DNA of 64,000 nucleotides, taken from positions 7,816,030 to 7,880,029 of the forward strand of contig NC_068991.1 in the NCBI RefSeq assembly GCF_001194135.2. Direction: 5' to 3'. The position numbers and the translations under genes were made by a program. The notes beneath the pieces are model-generated. The model searched no databases and was not told where the DNA came from. It worked only from the letters and a program-made list of their open reading frames with translations. The stretch comes from Octopus bimaculoides. Taxonomy: Eukaryota. Below are positions 1-12,819 of the stretch, in pieces. Position 1 is the first letter of the stretch. Every line of letters starts with the position of its first letter.

Positions 1-46
1 AAATAATAGATTTATAAGCCTTAAAATTCACCCCATAATTGCCCAC

Positions 47-317
47 GGGCATATGGCGTAGTGGTTAAGAGCACGGGCTACTAACCCCAAGGTTCCGAGT
101 TCGATTCACGGCAGCGACCTGATTAATAATAATAATAATAATAATAATATATTAATAATAATAATAATAGTAACATCGATAGGAATGAGAACCCAGGTTC
201 GAAATTTCCCCAAGACACCTGACGAAGGCTGGAGGGTATATCAGCCGAAACGTTGTGTTAACAACAAACAAGATGAGGACGAATATCCGTCAAATGTAGA
301 TAATGTAAATAATGTAA
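47..317 (+). mobile_element. tRNA-headed SINE-like element containing a hammerhead ribozyme core
   Basis: A-box TGGCGTAGTGG (54-64), B-box GTTCGATTC (99-107), (AAT)n tract, HHR at 214-259, TAATGTAAA tail repeats; same family recurs at 8155-8729. Confidence 0.8.
214..259 (+). ncRNA. Minimal type I hammerhead ribozyme (predicted)
   Basis: Stem I GACAC/GTGTT; CTGACGA core; extra A; stem II GGCTG/CAGCC; GAAA; palindromic ACGT stem III; GUU cleavage triplet at 252-254. Confidence 0.72.
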
Positions 318-3300
318 AGTCCTAGTACTTAAGACAGTAACATCCAGGGTTTGATGAATGATGAAGAAGCTGTTTAGGAGGGCAGCAACTTGAAATAAGA
401 AGTGATATAGCTTTGGGGTAACTCATAAATTCTGTATGGGATAACCTCTGTGGTACCAGTGATATGATAAAATATACCTACCTGGAAAGGTTGATGAAAG
501 GAAAGGCATCCAACCATAGAAACCTTGATAAAACTTGAACATACGAATAAGACACAAATTATAGGCCACATTATAGGCTGTCTAAGATGGCTGTAATTCT
601 AAATAACTGCTTCAGTATAGAGGGGGCATGAAGAAATACATCTGATCTACACTGTAAGACATAAAAAGCAACAACTCTTGGCTGATTTTGTTTGTTGTTG
701 TGTGGGTGAGATGTACAATGACAAGATATTGTAAGACCCAGTCAGCCCATGACAGCACAGAAAAACAGAAGTAAATTTGTGTTGATGTTGTTAACATGAA
801 CAGTTTATCTTGTGCAGTAGCAGTAAAGTACTTTTTTTAAAAAACACTTTTAGATTATCAACAAGCATACCAAACAGAACCAACATCAACAACAGCACCA
901 CCACTATTATAGAGTATAATATTTGTATTCCTCAACCATTAATGGAGAGAAAAGAGTCTCAGACATGTGTGGTAAGTAAAATCATCATCATTGTTTAACG
1001 TCCTCCCTCCATGCTGGCATGGGCTGGACAGTTTGACAGGAGCCTGCGGCCATGCTAGAGCAGTGCCTTTTCAGTCGAACAAATTAACCCGAGGACTAAT
1101 TCTTTGTAAGCCTAGTACTTATTCTATTGGTTTCTTTTGCCAAACTGCTAAGTTACGGGGACGTAAACACACCAACATCAGTTGTCAAGTGATGATGGCG
1201 GGGGCAAACACATAGACACACATGTCCAGCATGACCAGAGTCAAATGAATAAAAGAATAAAATAACCGTTTCAAATCTTACTGTATATGCAGTTAACAAT
1301 ATTTTTAAAATGCTTTTAATGTATTAATGCCTATGGAAGGCCCAACTTCACATATAGGACCCAGGGTGATTTTTTTGAGACATTTTTCTTTAAAAGAAAA
1401 TTACTTCTTATATACCATCAAATATGGTAAGTTTTAATTTCAGCATAGTTTCTAATTTGACAAAGTTTTTCCAGAAAGTTGCTTTTCAAACTCACCATTC
1501 ACTTATTAAAAAATTGTGATAATTTGAGGCAAGTAGAATATTGTGCTGCAATGACTAGCATGGCTTGAAAAGGGGCAATCACGACAAGTCCTACATCTTA
1601 ACCCCATAACAACTGTATTCCTTCAATTTTGAAAGTTTACTCCTGGGAAATAATTTGATTATTAAAAGGTACTATGGCTGGGCATTTGAGGTTAAAACTT
1701 ATAGACTTAGCAGCCGTGTATTTAGTCTACTCTCTTGGCAGAATGTAAAGACTTATCTCACAAAATATTATTTTAAAAATAAGTGCCGTTACAACTCATT
1801 TGATGTAGAATTAAACATCTTATCTTTTACTTGTTTCAGTCATTAGACTGTGGGCATGCTGGGACACTGCCTTGAAGAATTTTAGTTGAATGAGTCGACC
1901 CCAATACTTGTTAATTTTTGTAAAGCCCGGTACTTATTCTGTCAGTCTCTTTTGCCAAACCACTATGTTATGGGTTATCAAGTGGTTGTGGAGGACAAAC
2001 ATGTACACAAACACACACACACATAATGGGACTGAACCTGGAACCATCTGCAAATGATTCTGTATTCAGAATAACCAGAACTGTATTACAAGTCAACGTC
2101 ATAAGAATTTAGAAACTTCAAAAAGACATGAAATAATTCCTCTTTGCAATGCTGGAATCTGGGGAAGTCTTTGACTGTTTCTATCCTAAGGGGTTTTTTT
2201 AACTCAATATTTACACACTCGTTATTTATAGTTTTATCTGCTTCAAGATCCAACATTCCAAAAAAGAATTATGACATTTGATTTATATTGTTTTGTTTTG
2301 GTTTTGCTTTTTTCCAGCCACCAAAACAAATTGAAGAAGAAATTGCTCAAGTTTTATTAAATCTCTCCACCAACTTATTGGAAAATTCAAATTTCAATGT
2401 TAAAATTTAAATTTCATAATTTGTTTACTTTTAACTTTTCAAGCTTGTTTGTTGATATATGAATTTAATTTTCATAATTTAGTTAAAAAACAATGATTTC
2501 AGTATGCTTATTGAAATATGGTTTAAATTTTAATTGTCTAATTATGAATTTGGATTTCAACTTAGATAAATATTAACTATTTTGTAATTTTCTCAAGTGG
2601 CATGTTGGCAGAATTGTTACCACATCAGACAAAATGCTTAATGGCATTTTTTTCTAGTTAGTTATATTCTCAGTTCGAATGTCACCGAGGTTGACTTTGC
2701 CTTTCAACCTTTGGAGAATGATAAAATAAGTACCAGTTGAGCAATGGTGGCAATGTAATCAACTTATCCATCCCTCAAAATTGCTGGCATTGTGCCAAAA
2801 TTACAAAGTATTTTGTAATTTTCTTTTTTTATTTTTTATATTTAATTGCTTTGAGAACAAGTTAGAGTTGATTTAAATGAATAACAACAATATATTGTTG
2901 ATTCAATCACTTACACTTTTTTTCCATTTTAATTGGGTTTTATATTCTATAAAAATTATTTGTTTTGATTAATTGAAGAAGGGTGAAGTAAATGCATTTG
3001 TCCATTTACTTTTCTTCCATATCTGCTTGTGTATAAGATGTGACTGTATTATGAATAAGATACAGACAAGTGTATGAGCATATGAGGAAATGTATTGAAG
3101 TTGTAGGTGTTTTATGTGAGTGTGTATCTTACACACTGGCAAATGTGGTATGTCAGATTTTTTTGTTTTTTTTTCAAAAACTGTCAGATATCTTTTAACT
3201 TTTTCTTTTATTTTCCTATAAATTTTAATATTTAACCAACACTTCTCCCGAATTATTAACATTAAAAGTTGGTATAAAACATAGTTTTGAATTTTCTACA

Positions 3301-5994
3301 TGAATAATTTTACATTCTTGAATTTATTTTTTTACAAAAATATTTTGACAAGTGATTTATTTCACTATTTCTAACTCCCGAAGAAAATTATATCTAAAAA
3401 TTATTGTTTGAAAGTTAATATTTAAATTGGAGTACAACTTTAACTTTAAAATTTCAAAAAAAACTGCTTTATGTGTAGTTTGACTTTGTATTCTATTTTT
3501 TCTTGTCCTGTGTGTTTTAATTATTTAAATTTCTCCATATTACTTTCGATTACTTCTTCCAGTTTTGTTTTTCCACCCCTGTAAATTTATGACTCATCAG
3601 ATTAAAGCAAGCTCTTTGGTTGCGATATTGCTGTTTAATAAAACTTAGAGTTTAGCCAAACGGTAACTGATTGAAAGAAATATTTGATCGACATTTCTTG
3701 CAATGATGATGCTATTCATTATAGACCATGCTATTTTTTGTAACTTAAAACTTTAAAGACAATACTAAGATTTTTATTGTGAACTATGGCAACATCATTT
3801 TGCAATTCTGGAAAATATATCCGACTTAGTATACTACTTGTTCTTTTAGGGTTGCCTTCCCTTGCCCTTCTTCACACAAATTGAAAATTAAGCTTTGTTC
3901 TTCTCATTACTGGTGCAATATTAGCTAATTTAAATGCTTTGGCTCACTATATTGTTTGTAACAACTTAAATTGTTTTTCATGCAAAGACATCCCTGGATA
4001 AATCCCAACCCCCTCCTCAGTCATTCTTTTTGCTTGTTCACAGCTTACAAGTATTTATTCACTCAAACTTTATTTATCTCTTAGTCATCTGAAGTCTTGC
4101 AGCACTGTTGAAATCTATGGTGTGCTGATGAGGTATAATAAGACTGGTACATGTCCAGAGTTGTTACAACTTTTGGGTTGTCTTCCTTGCATATGTTGAC
4201 CAGAATTGTAATTACTCAGCTATTTCCTCTGGCACACACTACAGTTGTATTTTTGATTAAAATTTCTCGGTTCATTATATTAAGTACATTTCCGCTCCTT
4301 TAACTATGCGTCTACTTTGTACAATCAGCAAAAATAAATTACCCATACACACTAAAATGGTTCGTGTTAGAGAAGGCATCCAGCCATTGAAACCATGGTA
4401 TGGCTAGCACTGGAGGTCAGCATAGTCCTGCTGCTCATGGGATCTTGTCAAGCTTAAAACAGACCCATTAATGCTTCCATACAAAGTTTTTCAGTGCTTG
4501 GAATAAACAATATTGGCATCTAAAAGTAGTGCCATGGTGACAGATCTACAAACTAATGGCAGCTGGATCATGAGAGTCGGCAGACGACAAAATGTCAGAC
4601 ATAAGAGGTTCAAGCCTGTCTAAACACGTCAGTACATTTTTAATGGTTTATATTAAAATTATGATATATCTTGGAAATTCCTGAATAAAGGAGTAATTTT
4701 ACTTTATTAATGGGCGAAAGAAAAACATAAATGAAAATTTATCAAGTTTACAATCCATTTAAGAAAAATGGCACAAATTTTTTTCTAACATGTATTTTTT
4801 TAGTTAAACTTTATATTTTTTTGTACCTTTTTTTTTTTTTACTCAAAAATCAGAATTGGTAGAATGGGCAAAATATCTTATAGCATTCTGTTATATACCT
4901 TTATGGTCTGAGTTCAAATCCTGCTGTAGTTCACTTTATTTATCCTTTTGCATAAAATAAACACAAGTCAAATACAGAAGTCCAGTGGTTCTCAAAAGGA
5001 CAAATACCAGCACTGACTCCACATACTACTGAAATTTTCTTCGCCTTCCCTCTTAACGAGATGATAAAATAGAATTTTCATCCAAATACTCCTTCTTTGT
5101 CATGGATTTGAACAAATTCGAAATGTTTCAGCCATCTTGGTTTTATTAAACAAAGCAATTTGCTGCCCACTCCCCACCACCATTTTTTGGTCCTCACTGT
5201 TCAACGTCCCTTGCCCACCCACTGCCCATGTGAAACACCTTTGATGTTGATTCAATCAACTACATACCAGTTTTTTTCATTTTTTGTCAATTTTAGAAAT
5301 CATTTTCATTGTGTTTTATGAATTATCAAAAGGACAAGAAGGAAAAAAAATTGCATTAAAATCATAAAAGAAATCACTTATATTCTGACAATAAATAGGA
5401 TTTGGAATCTCCTATATTCCAAAATGATATTAGAATTAACCTAAAAATTCTATTAAGTCTTAGCTTTATTCCATCTCCGATGAATAATCTGGGGGGGGTG
5501 AGCAGAAGTAGGTACACAGTTGCTTAATATGAAAGGAATGTTCTCTTTGATTCTCTATTTCCGTTTTACCTGAGTAATTCACAAGTCAGCTAAGGGATCT
5601 GCAGGAGATGTCTAGTTCATTGGCAGCCCCCTATTTTTTTCTGGGGACTTTGAATGAATGCTTGAACCACAAGAACATCCCATTTATATTAAACAACTGT
5701 ATATCTACTTTTGCCCAGCCCTGTATATATATTTTAAGTGTCATTTTGTCTCTATTAAGATGTCAGAATAAACACGAGATTTATTTTTATAATTCTTTCA
5801 GCTCATTCACGTTTTCTTCAGCTATGTTCCTAAAATTAGGTTTATAGTTTTTAGCAAAAGATATTTCTTGAAAAATTCCTAAATTTTTCTCAAACAGAAA
5901 ACTCAAACTAGGTTTTCTTTTGATTTTAATAACACTTCTTTTTCACTTTCTCTTTTTTTTTAAGAGTTTATTTTCTATCTTAAATGGTTTTGTT

Positions 5995-6510
5995 GATTAG
6001 ATTTCTGTATTTGGTTTGTGGTTTGCAATGTTCTTGATGTAAACTCATTGAAACAGATTTTTTTGCATTTGAGAGGGTCATTGTGCCAATAATGAACATG
6101 CACTGGTACTGGTTCTATTTCACTTCTTGTATTATTGGTCAATTAGTTAACCATTTAACAAATTAACTAATCAGTTGTTTGATTAGTAATTTGGTTAATC
6201 AGTTGATCAGTTATGTTTGTCAAGTCGTTTTGTTTCTATTCATGACCTCTTCATTGACATGCCCCCTCTGCTCCAAGTCAGCTTCGGGTCTGTCTCTCTT
6301 CAGGTCAACTGACCTGGCGTTGAGAGAGCATAACAATGATGAGTTTGTAAATGGTAACAAAAGAACTTTGACAAATATAACTGATTGATTGATTAACTGA
6401 AAGATTAATCAAACAATCAATTAGTTAACTGATTAATAATAAAGAAGTGAAATAGAACCAGTGTGTGTGTTATTGGCATAGTGACCCTCCCAAAATAAAT
6501 AGTGTTTGTG
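5995..6510. mobile_element. Fold-back element, same family as 10625-11080
   Basis: Arms ~6070-6235 and ~6350-6500 (GGTTCTATTTCACTTCTT / AAGAAGTGAAATAGAACC). Confidence 0.65.
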
Positions 6511-6814
6511 TTTAAAGATGTTAATTGTTTTGTTTTCAAATTATTCTTTATTTGAAAATCTCATTTTACTTGTTGACATTGTTTTCATAACATAATTGGA
6601 GCTTTTATTTTTCAACTTTGAATTTGTATTTGTTTTCAGCTTGTCAATTTTAAATTTCACCCGGTCTGGGAATTGAAACTGTGATCCTACAACCATGAGT
6701 CCACTGCTCTAACCACTGGGCCATTGCACCTCCACAGTTAAACACTAGGTTCAATATAATCAATTCCTTCTGCACCCTTTCCTCAAAATTAGAAAGAATC
6801 ATTACATTTCAGTC

Positions 6815-7745
6815 AAGACAGCGAGCTGACAGAATCGTTAGCACATTGGACAAAATACCTTGTGGTATTTGTTCTGGATCCCTACATTTTAAGTTCAAAG
6901 GTCAGCTTTGTATTTCCTCCTTTCAAGGTTGATGAAATGATAAAATATCTATCAAGTACTTGGGATTGATGGTATAGGCTTGCCCCATAATCTCAAAAAT
7001 TACTGGCCTTCTGCCGAAATTTGAAACCATCGTTAGTTTTCAGTAGGGGACAGATTGGCAGAATTATTAGAGCATTGGAGAAAAGGCCCTGCGTTATTTG
7101 TTCCAGGACTTTACATTGTGAGTTCAGATCCTGCTGAGTCCAACTTTGCTCTGTCATCCCTCTGGGGTCAATAAAATAGTGTCTCTATCAAGTACTGGTG
7201 TGGGGTGGAGGTGGGGGTGATAAAAAATCAGCAAACCCATTCTCTTCAAAATTGCTGGCCTTGTGCCCAAATATGTAACAATTGGTAGTTTTTCAGTTGA
7301 GTAATGGACTGAGCATCAAGGGAAAATGCTGTGTGGTGTTTATTCCAGCACTTTACATTCTGAGTTCAAATCCTGCTGAAGCCAACTCTGTCTTTTATCC
7401 TTCTGGGATAGAATGTATAAAATACCAGTTAAGTACTGGGGTTGGTTTAATTGACTAGCCTTTAATTCCTCCACACCTCAAGAAAAAAACATGCTGGTCT
7501 TGTGCCCAAATTGGAAATTATTGTCGGACAAAGGCTGTAAGCTGGCAGAATCATAAACACACCAGACAAAATGCTTAGCGATGTTTGTCCTGTCTTTACA
7601 TTCTGAGTCCAAAGTCTGTTGAAGTTGAATTTGCTATTCATTCTTTCTGGGTCGATAATATGAGTACCAGTTGTACACTGGGGTTGATGAAATCAACTAT
7701 CACTGTCCCCCAAAATTTCAGGCCTTGTGCTTATAATAGTAGACA
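6815..7745 (+). repeat. Head-to-tail array of four SINE family 2 copies
   Basis: Units ~6815-7030, 7044-7282, 7300-7522, 7531-7745 sharing (G)AGTTCAAATCC..CTTT..ATCC..AAGTACCAG..GGCCTTGTGCC. Confidence 0.8.
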
Positions 7746-8154
7746 AAATGATTGCTTAAATGTTTAAAGCTCACAATCTAAATGAACCTTTTCAACATAT
7801 GTTTATTTTTATTAATAAAGTTTTAAATAATAGTTATTTGTTTTATGATTATTTTTAAGAATAAAGTTTTAAATATTACGATTGTTTTGTGTTTTTAATC
7901 AACACCTGCTCCTTTTTACATACTTTGTTTATATCTATGTTTTAAATCAATTTTACTGCATGACTCAGTGGTTAGAGTGTCAGGCTCACAATCATGAGGT
8001 AGTGAGTTCATTCCTGGACCAGGCTATGTATTGTGTTCTTGAGCAAGACACTTCATGAGTCCAAGATATGAATTAATTATCACTTTATTCTACAACTGAT
8101 TTCCCTTGGAAGTCTAGCTCAGTAAATAACCAGAGAACTACCTTTTGAGTACAG

Positions 8155-8729
8155 TTCGATCTTTAAGAGATGAGGAATTATGTACATTATTTACATTCAA
8201 CGGATATTTGTCCTCATCTTGTTTGTTGTTAACACAACGGCTGATATACCCTCCAGCCTTCATCAGGTGTCTTGGAATTTCGAACCTGGATTCTCATTCT
8301 TAAGTTTTTTTCAATGTTGTTGTTGTCGGCGTTGGTGTCGTCATCATCATCATCGTCGTCATTATTATTATTATTCAAGTCATTGCCTGGAATTGAACTC
8401 GGAATCTTGTGGTTAAGAGCACGGGCTACTAACCCCAAGATTCCGAGTTTGATTCCAAGCAGTGATAATAATAATAATAAGAATGATAATAATAATAATA
8501 ATAATAATAGTAATAGTAATAATAATAATAGTAATAGTAATAATAATAATAATAATAATAACATCGAAAAATACCTTAGGAATGAGAACCCAGGTTCAAA
8601 ATTTCCCCAGGACACCTGAAGAAGGCTGGAGGGTATACCAGCCGAAACGTGTTAACAACAAACAAGATGAGGACAAATATCCGTCAAATGTAAATAATGT
8701 ACATAATTCCTCATCTCTTAAATATAGAA
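8155..8729. mobile_element. Inverted pair of the tRNA/HHR element (fold-back)
   Basis: Minus copy 8155-8409 and plus copy 8409-8729; arms 8155-8409 and 8436-8729 are reverse complements apart from microsatellite drift. Confidence 0.85.
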
Positions 8730-9630
8730 CAATAATTATGTATATTGTACAAAAAATATATCTGTATAAGAATGATAATATATCAAATTTTGCTTAACTA
8801 ATTCAGAGATACTTGTTCTCTCTAGAAGTTTTAATATGAAAACTAATATGGAACAAAACCATAATTTAAAAAAAAATTTAATACAGAATTTGACTGAAAA
8901 ATATTTAAAGGAGGTGTAAGGCATTGTATTGCCATTTTGAGGAATTATCGTTTCAGGTATTTTTCTTGTTTTTCTTGGATGAGCTGTAGGATTTAGATGA
9001 AAAGGCCAACAAGAATACAATGAACAGTAAAGCAAAATACATAATGTAGGTCTGAGTCTTTGAACTTAAATGTTCCCAGGTCATCTTTGAAATATTCATG
9101 TTTGGTGAAATTATTTGTAAGATTCTTTTCTTCAGAAGCTTTCTAAAGATTGCTGTTTTGGTAATCTAGAAATAAAGAAACATTTTTAAATAGCAACAGT
9201 TTATTGAAATTGTCATTTATTTGTGTTAAATGTTTATTTCTCTACACTGTCAGGAGTGTGGATGGGAATTAGTTGAGGTTGTGTTTTGTGACTGGATGTT
9301 TTTCCTATCACCGACCCTTATTTTTCATATTAAGGGATTTCTGTATTCCATTGACCTTCAAAAGTGCTGAGTGACCAGTCGTAATGTCAATAAAGAAAAT
9401 CAAGAACACCAATGTCTTGTCTAAGTGTAACAAACATACAAATTTTAAAATGCCATTTTTTTTTTTTTTGCAGAACCTCCGTCCGCAAAAATGGAGGATT
9501 CTGTGTAAAAAAACAAAAAAAAAAAAATGAAGGTGGGTGTAGTCCACATTCTTTACGTCTGCTTCCACTTGCATGAACACGTTTGAAGAGTGTGTTTCTT
9601 CTCTGGATTTATGCTTTCTACAAACAATAC

Positions 9631-9682
<52 letters not shown>

Positions 9683-9946
9683 NNNNNNNNNNNNNNNNNN
9701 NNNNNNNNNNNNNNNNNNNNNNNNNNNNNNNNNNNNNNNNNNNNNNNNNNNNNNNNNNNNNNNNNNNNNNNNNNNNNNNNNNNNNNNNNNNNNNNNNNNN
9801 NNNNNNNNNNNNNNNNNNNNNNNNNNNNNNNNNNNNNNNNNNNNNNNNNNNNNNNNNNNNNNNNNNNNNNNNNNNNNNNNNNNNNNNNNNNNNNNNNNNN
9901 NNNNNNNNNNNNNNNNNNNNNNNNNNNNNNNNNNNNNNNNNNNNNN

Positions 9947-9989
<43 letters not shown>

Positions 9990-10624
9990 ACTGATTCAGA
10001 ATAATTAATTCTTCTCATAGTTATCATTGGAAAAATAAAATACAGAACAAATCATAGACTAAGATAAATACCCCTCCCCACTTCCTGAAACACCAAACTG
10101 GTTCATCATCATTTAACATTTGCTTTTCTATGTTTGCACAGGTTGGATGGAATTTATTGTTTCTTTTCTCTATGGTTGGATACCATTCTTGTCACCAACT
10201 CTCACCTGTTCCCAAACAAAGTAGTATTTCCCCCTGGGTAGATATATTTCCACAGAAAATTGGAAACAAATGACACTGCTTCTATGACAGTGATGCTCAT
10301 TTACAATTATTGCATGTGTGTGTGTCTCCATCTTGGATACATACACATACTCATGCATGCACGCAATGGGCTTCTTTTAGTTTCTGCCTCTCAAAGCTGC
10401 TCACAAAGTTTTGGTTGGCCTGGTGCTATGCAGTGGGATTGACCCCAAAGCCTTATGGCTGGGAAGCAAACTTCTCAACCACAGACATATCCACACCTAG
10501 GGTTCCATATTTCAAAGAACAAGTGAATGGGTGGAAATTTAGTTAAGCTGAGAAATCTTACAACACAATACCTTGTACACTGAAAAATATTTGCTACAAG
10601 ATCTAATGAATTTTCTAATTTAAT

Positions 10625-11080
10625 GTAATATAATTTTTGCTTTGGTTTTGTGTCTGGTTTGCAAGATTCTTTATGTGAATTTGTGTGTTGAAACAAATTT
10701 TGTTGTTTCTAGGGAGAGTCATTATGCCAATATGATTAACACACACACTGGTTCAATTCCACTCCTTTAGTATTAGTCAATTGGTTAAATATCCAACTAA
10801 ATGCTTGTTTGTTAAACTTGGTTAAACATTAAGATCTTGCAACAAGCTCTCAAGCTGACAAACACAGCTTCCGTAAGTCATTGAAAAGGTTACAAGTAGC
10901 AACGAAAGAGCTTTGACAAACAAAAACAAAACAAATGACTGTTTAACCAAATTAAACAAACAATCGATTAGTTCGTTGGATATTTAACCAACTGACTAAT
11001 AACAGAGGAGTGAAATTGAATCAGTGTGTGTGTTAATAATTTTGGCATAATGACTCTCCCTAGACACAACAAAAAAAAAT
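10625..11080. mobile_element. Fold-back element (Penelope-like terminal-repeat family, inferred)
   Basis: Inverted arms ~10700-10830 and ~10935-11075 (GGAGAGTCATTATGCCAA ... TTGGCATAATGACTCTCC); related copies at ~6000-6510 and ~47305-47570. Confidence 0.65.
10877..10917 (+). ncRNA. Hammerhead-like motif, U3-A8 core variant (predicted)
   Basis: Stem I GTCA/TGAC; TTGAAAA core; extra G; stem II GTTAC/GCAAC (one mismatch); GAAA; stem III AG..CT; CUU triplet. Confidence 0.5.
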
Positions 11081-11233
11081 TATATAATTATCGAAGATAG
11101 TAACAAGAGAAAAAATAGAAAGCTTCTGACAATGCGGAAAGTTTAATAAAATCTTTATATTTCAGGCGCAAAGGCCCATCTTTTCTCGGATTATTTTACT
11201 TCTGAAGATGAACTTTTGCACTTGAAATATAAA

Positions 11234-11636
11234 GCCATAGGAGTGGCTGTGTGATTAGTAGCTTGCTTATGAACTACATGGTTTCGGGTTCATTCCCACT
11301 GCGTGGCACCTTGGGCAAGCGTCTTCTACTATAGCCTCGGGCTGACCAAAGCCTTGTGAGTGGATTTGGTAGACGGAAACTGAAAGAAGCCCATTGTATA
11401 TATGTATATATATATATATGTGTGTGTATAAGTCTGTGCGTCTGTGTTTGTCCCCCCAACATCGCTTGACAACCGATGCTGGTGTGTTTACATCCCTGTA
11501 ACTTAACAGTTCTGCTTAAGAGACCGATAGAATAAGTACTAGGTTTACAAAGAATAATTCCTGGGGTCAATTTGTTCAACTAAAGGCAGTGCTCCAGCAT
11601 GGCCATAGTCAAATGACTGAAACAAGTAAAAGAGTA
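11234..11636 (+). mobile_element. tRNA-derived SINE family 1, full length
   Basis: GGAGTGGCTGTG head, CCTTGGGCAAG core, central TA/TG microsatellite, GAAACAAGTAAAAGAG tail. Confidence 0.85.
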
Positions 11637-12819
11637 TTTTACTAAACTTTCCACATTGTCAGAAGCTTTCTATTTTCTCTCTTTTTGTCTTCCTTGATAT
11701 TACAATGCTTCAAGCAAACTACAACACACTAATCATCATCATCATCATCATAATTATATTAGTTTAGTAAATTAGTACTAATTAGTATTAATTAATCTTA
11801 CTCACTTGCTTTGGAAGTTTTCTCTTCACACACTGTCTGATCTGTCTGTTGTATGAATGAAGTTGTAAAACGCATATAAATAGAATACAACTGTTCTTAA
11901 CGAGTTCCTGATGCTAATAATGTTGATAATTAGATCACTAAAAAGATTAACAATTTTTCGTTTTTTTTTAGCTTAATGTATTTTTTAAAAAAATATATAT
12001 TTCAGGTATGAGTCTATGATTTTTCTCTGTGAACAGATAATGATCTAAATAAATATACAGTTGTTATAAATTGTATAATTGTTGATGTGTTGGCAACAGT
12101 TGTTAATCTTAGGGCTTATCTTCGTCAATGCACGCACATCTTACTTGAACAAATCTACTTAAGAGGAAATTTTAGTTGAAAGGTCTTTTAATTTCTGATG
12201 AAATCAGACTGAATTTTATTTCATTCATCTGTCCTCAGAGAAGACGCATGGTCTTGTGGATAAGGTGTTGGACTCTTGATTAGGAGGTAGTGGTTTCGAT
12301 TTGTAGACTGGGCAGTGTGGCGTACACTTGAGCAAACCACTTCGTTTCATGTTGCTTTAATTCCCTCAACTGAAAATGAGCATCAGCTAGAGCTGGTGGT
12401 GGGGTTTACTTTGTGATAGACTGACATTCCTCTCAGAGAAGGGAGGGCGATATTGTTCATTTGGGTGTTTATATAAAGTGGGATAAGGTGTCCAACCTAA
12501 TGATCTTACAGGGTCACAACAGTGAGGAACTGTTACTTGGTTTGGTGGCATTAATACAATTAATGATTAATTTGAATTGCTACGGGCTAATATTTGTCAG
12601 GGTGGTAAGTCAAGAATAAAGTACATTTTTATACATATGGGGTTCACAAACAAAACTATCATTCGTTTAGAAATATTTTAAATTTCTAGGACTGAAAGGT
12701 ATTAGTTTCAAATCCTCAAAATATGGAAAATATTTTATTCTTCATCAGGTTACAAGGCCTGTCCAGGCTGCTCTTCGGCCCTGAAAATATTTCTAAACCA
12801 TTTTATATATACATATATA

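Noticed and set aside
47-120. Functional tRNA gene
   Set aside because: No proper acceptor stem or oligo-T terminator; runs into (AAT)n and recurs with the same body at 8.4 kb, so it is a SINE head.
4121-4160. Third hammerhead-like site: CTGATGA...ACATGTC-CAG
   Set aside because: GAAA is replaced by GGTA, stem II does not pair and stem I has only 2 bp. At most a dead Penelope-type relic.
8180-8797. Poly-L/N/I/S ORFs
   Set aside because: Translations of (AAT)n and (GTT)n tracts in the fold-back element.
9308-10027. Long ORFs containing X runs (also at 23.1, 28.8, 30.0, 32.7, 41.8, 49.2 and 53.0 kb)
   Set aside because: Artefacts of N-gaps and flanking (TA)n.
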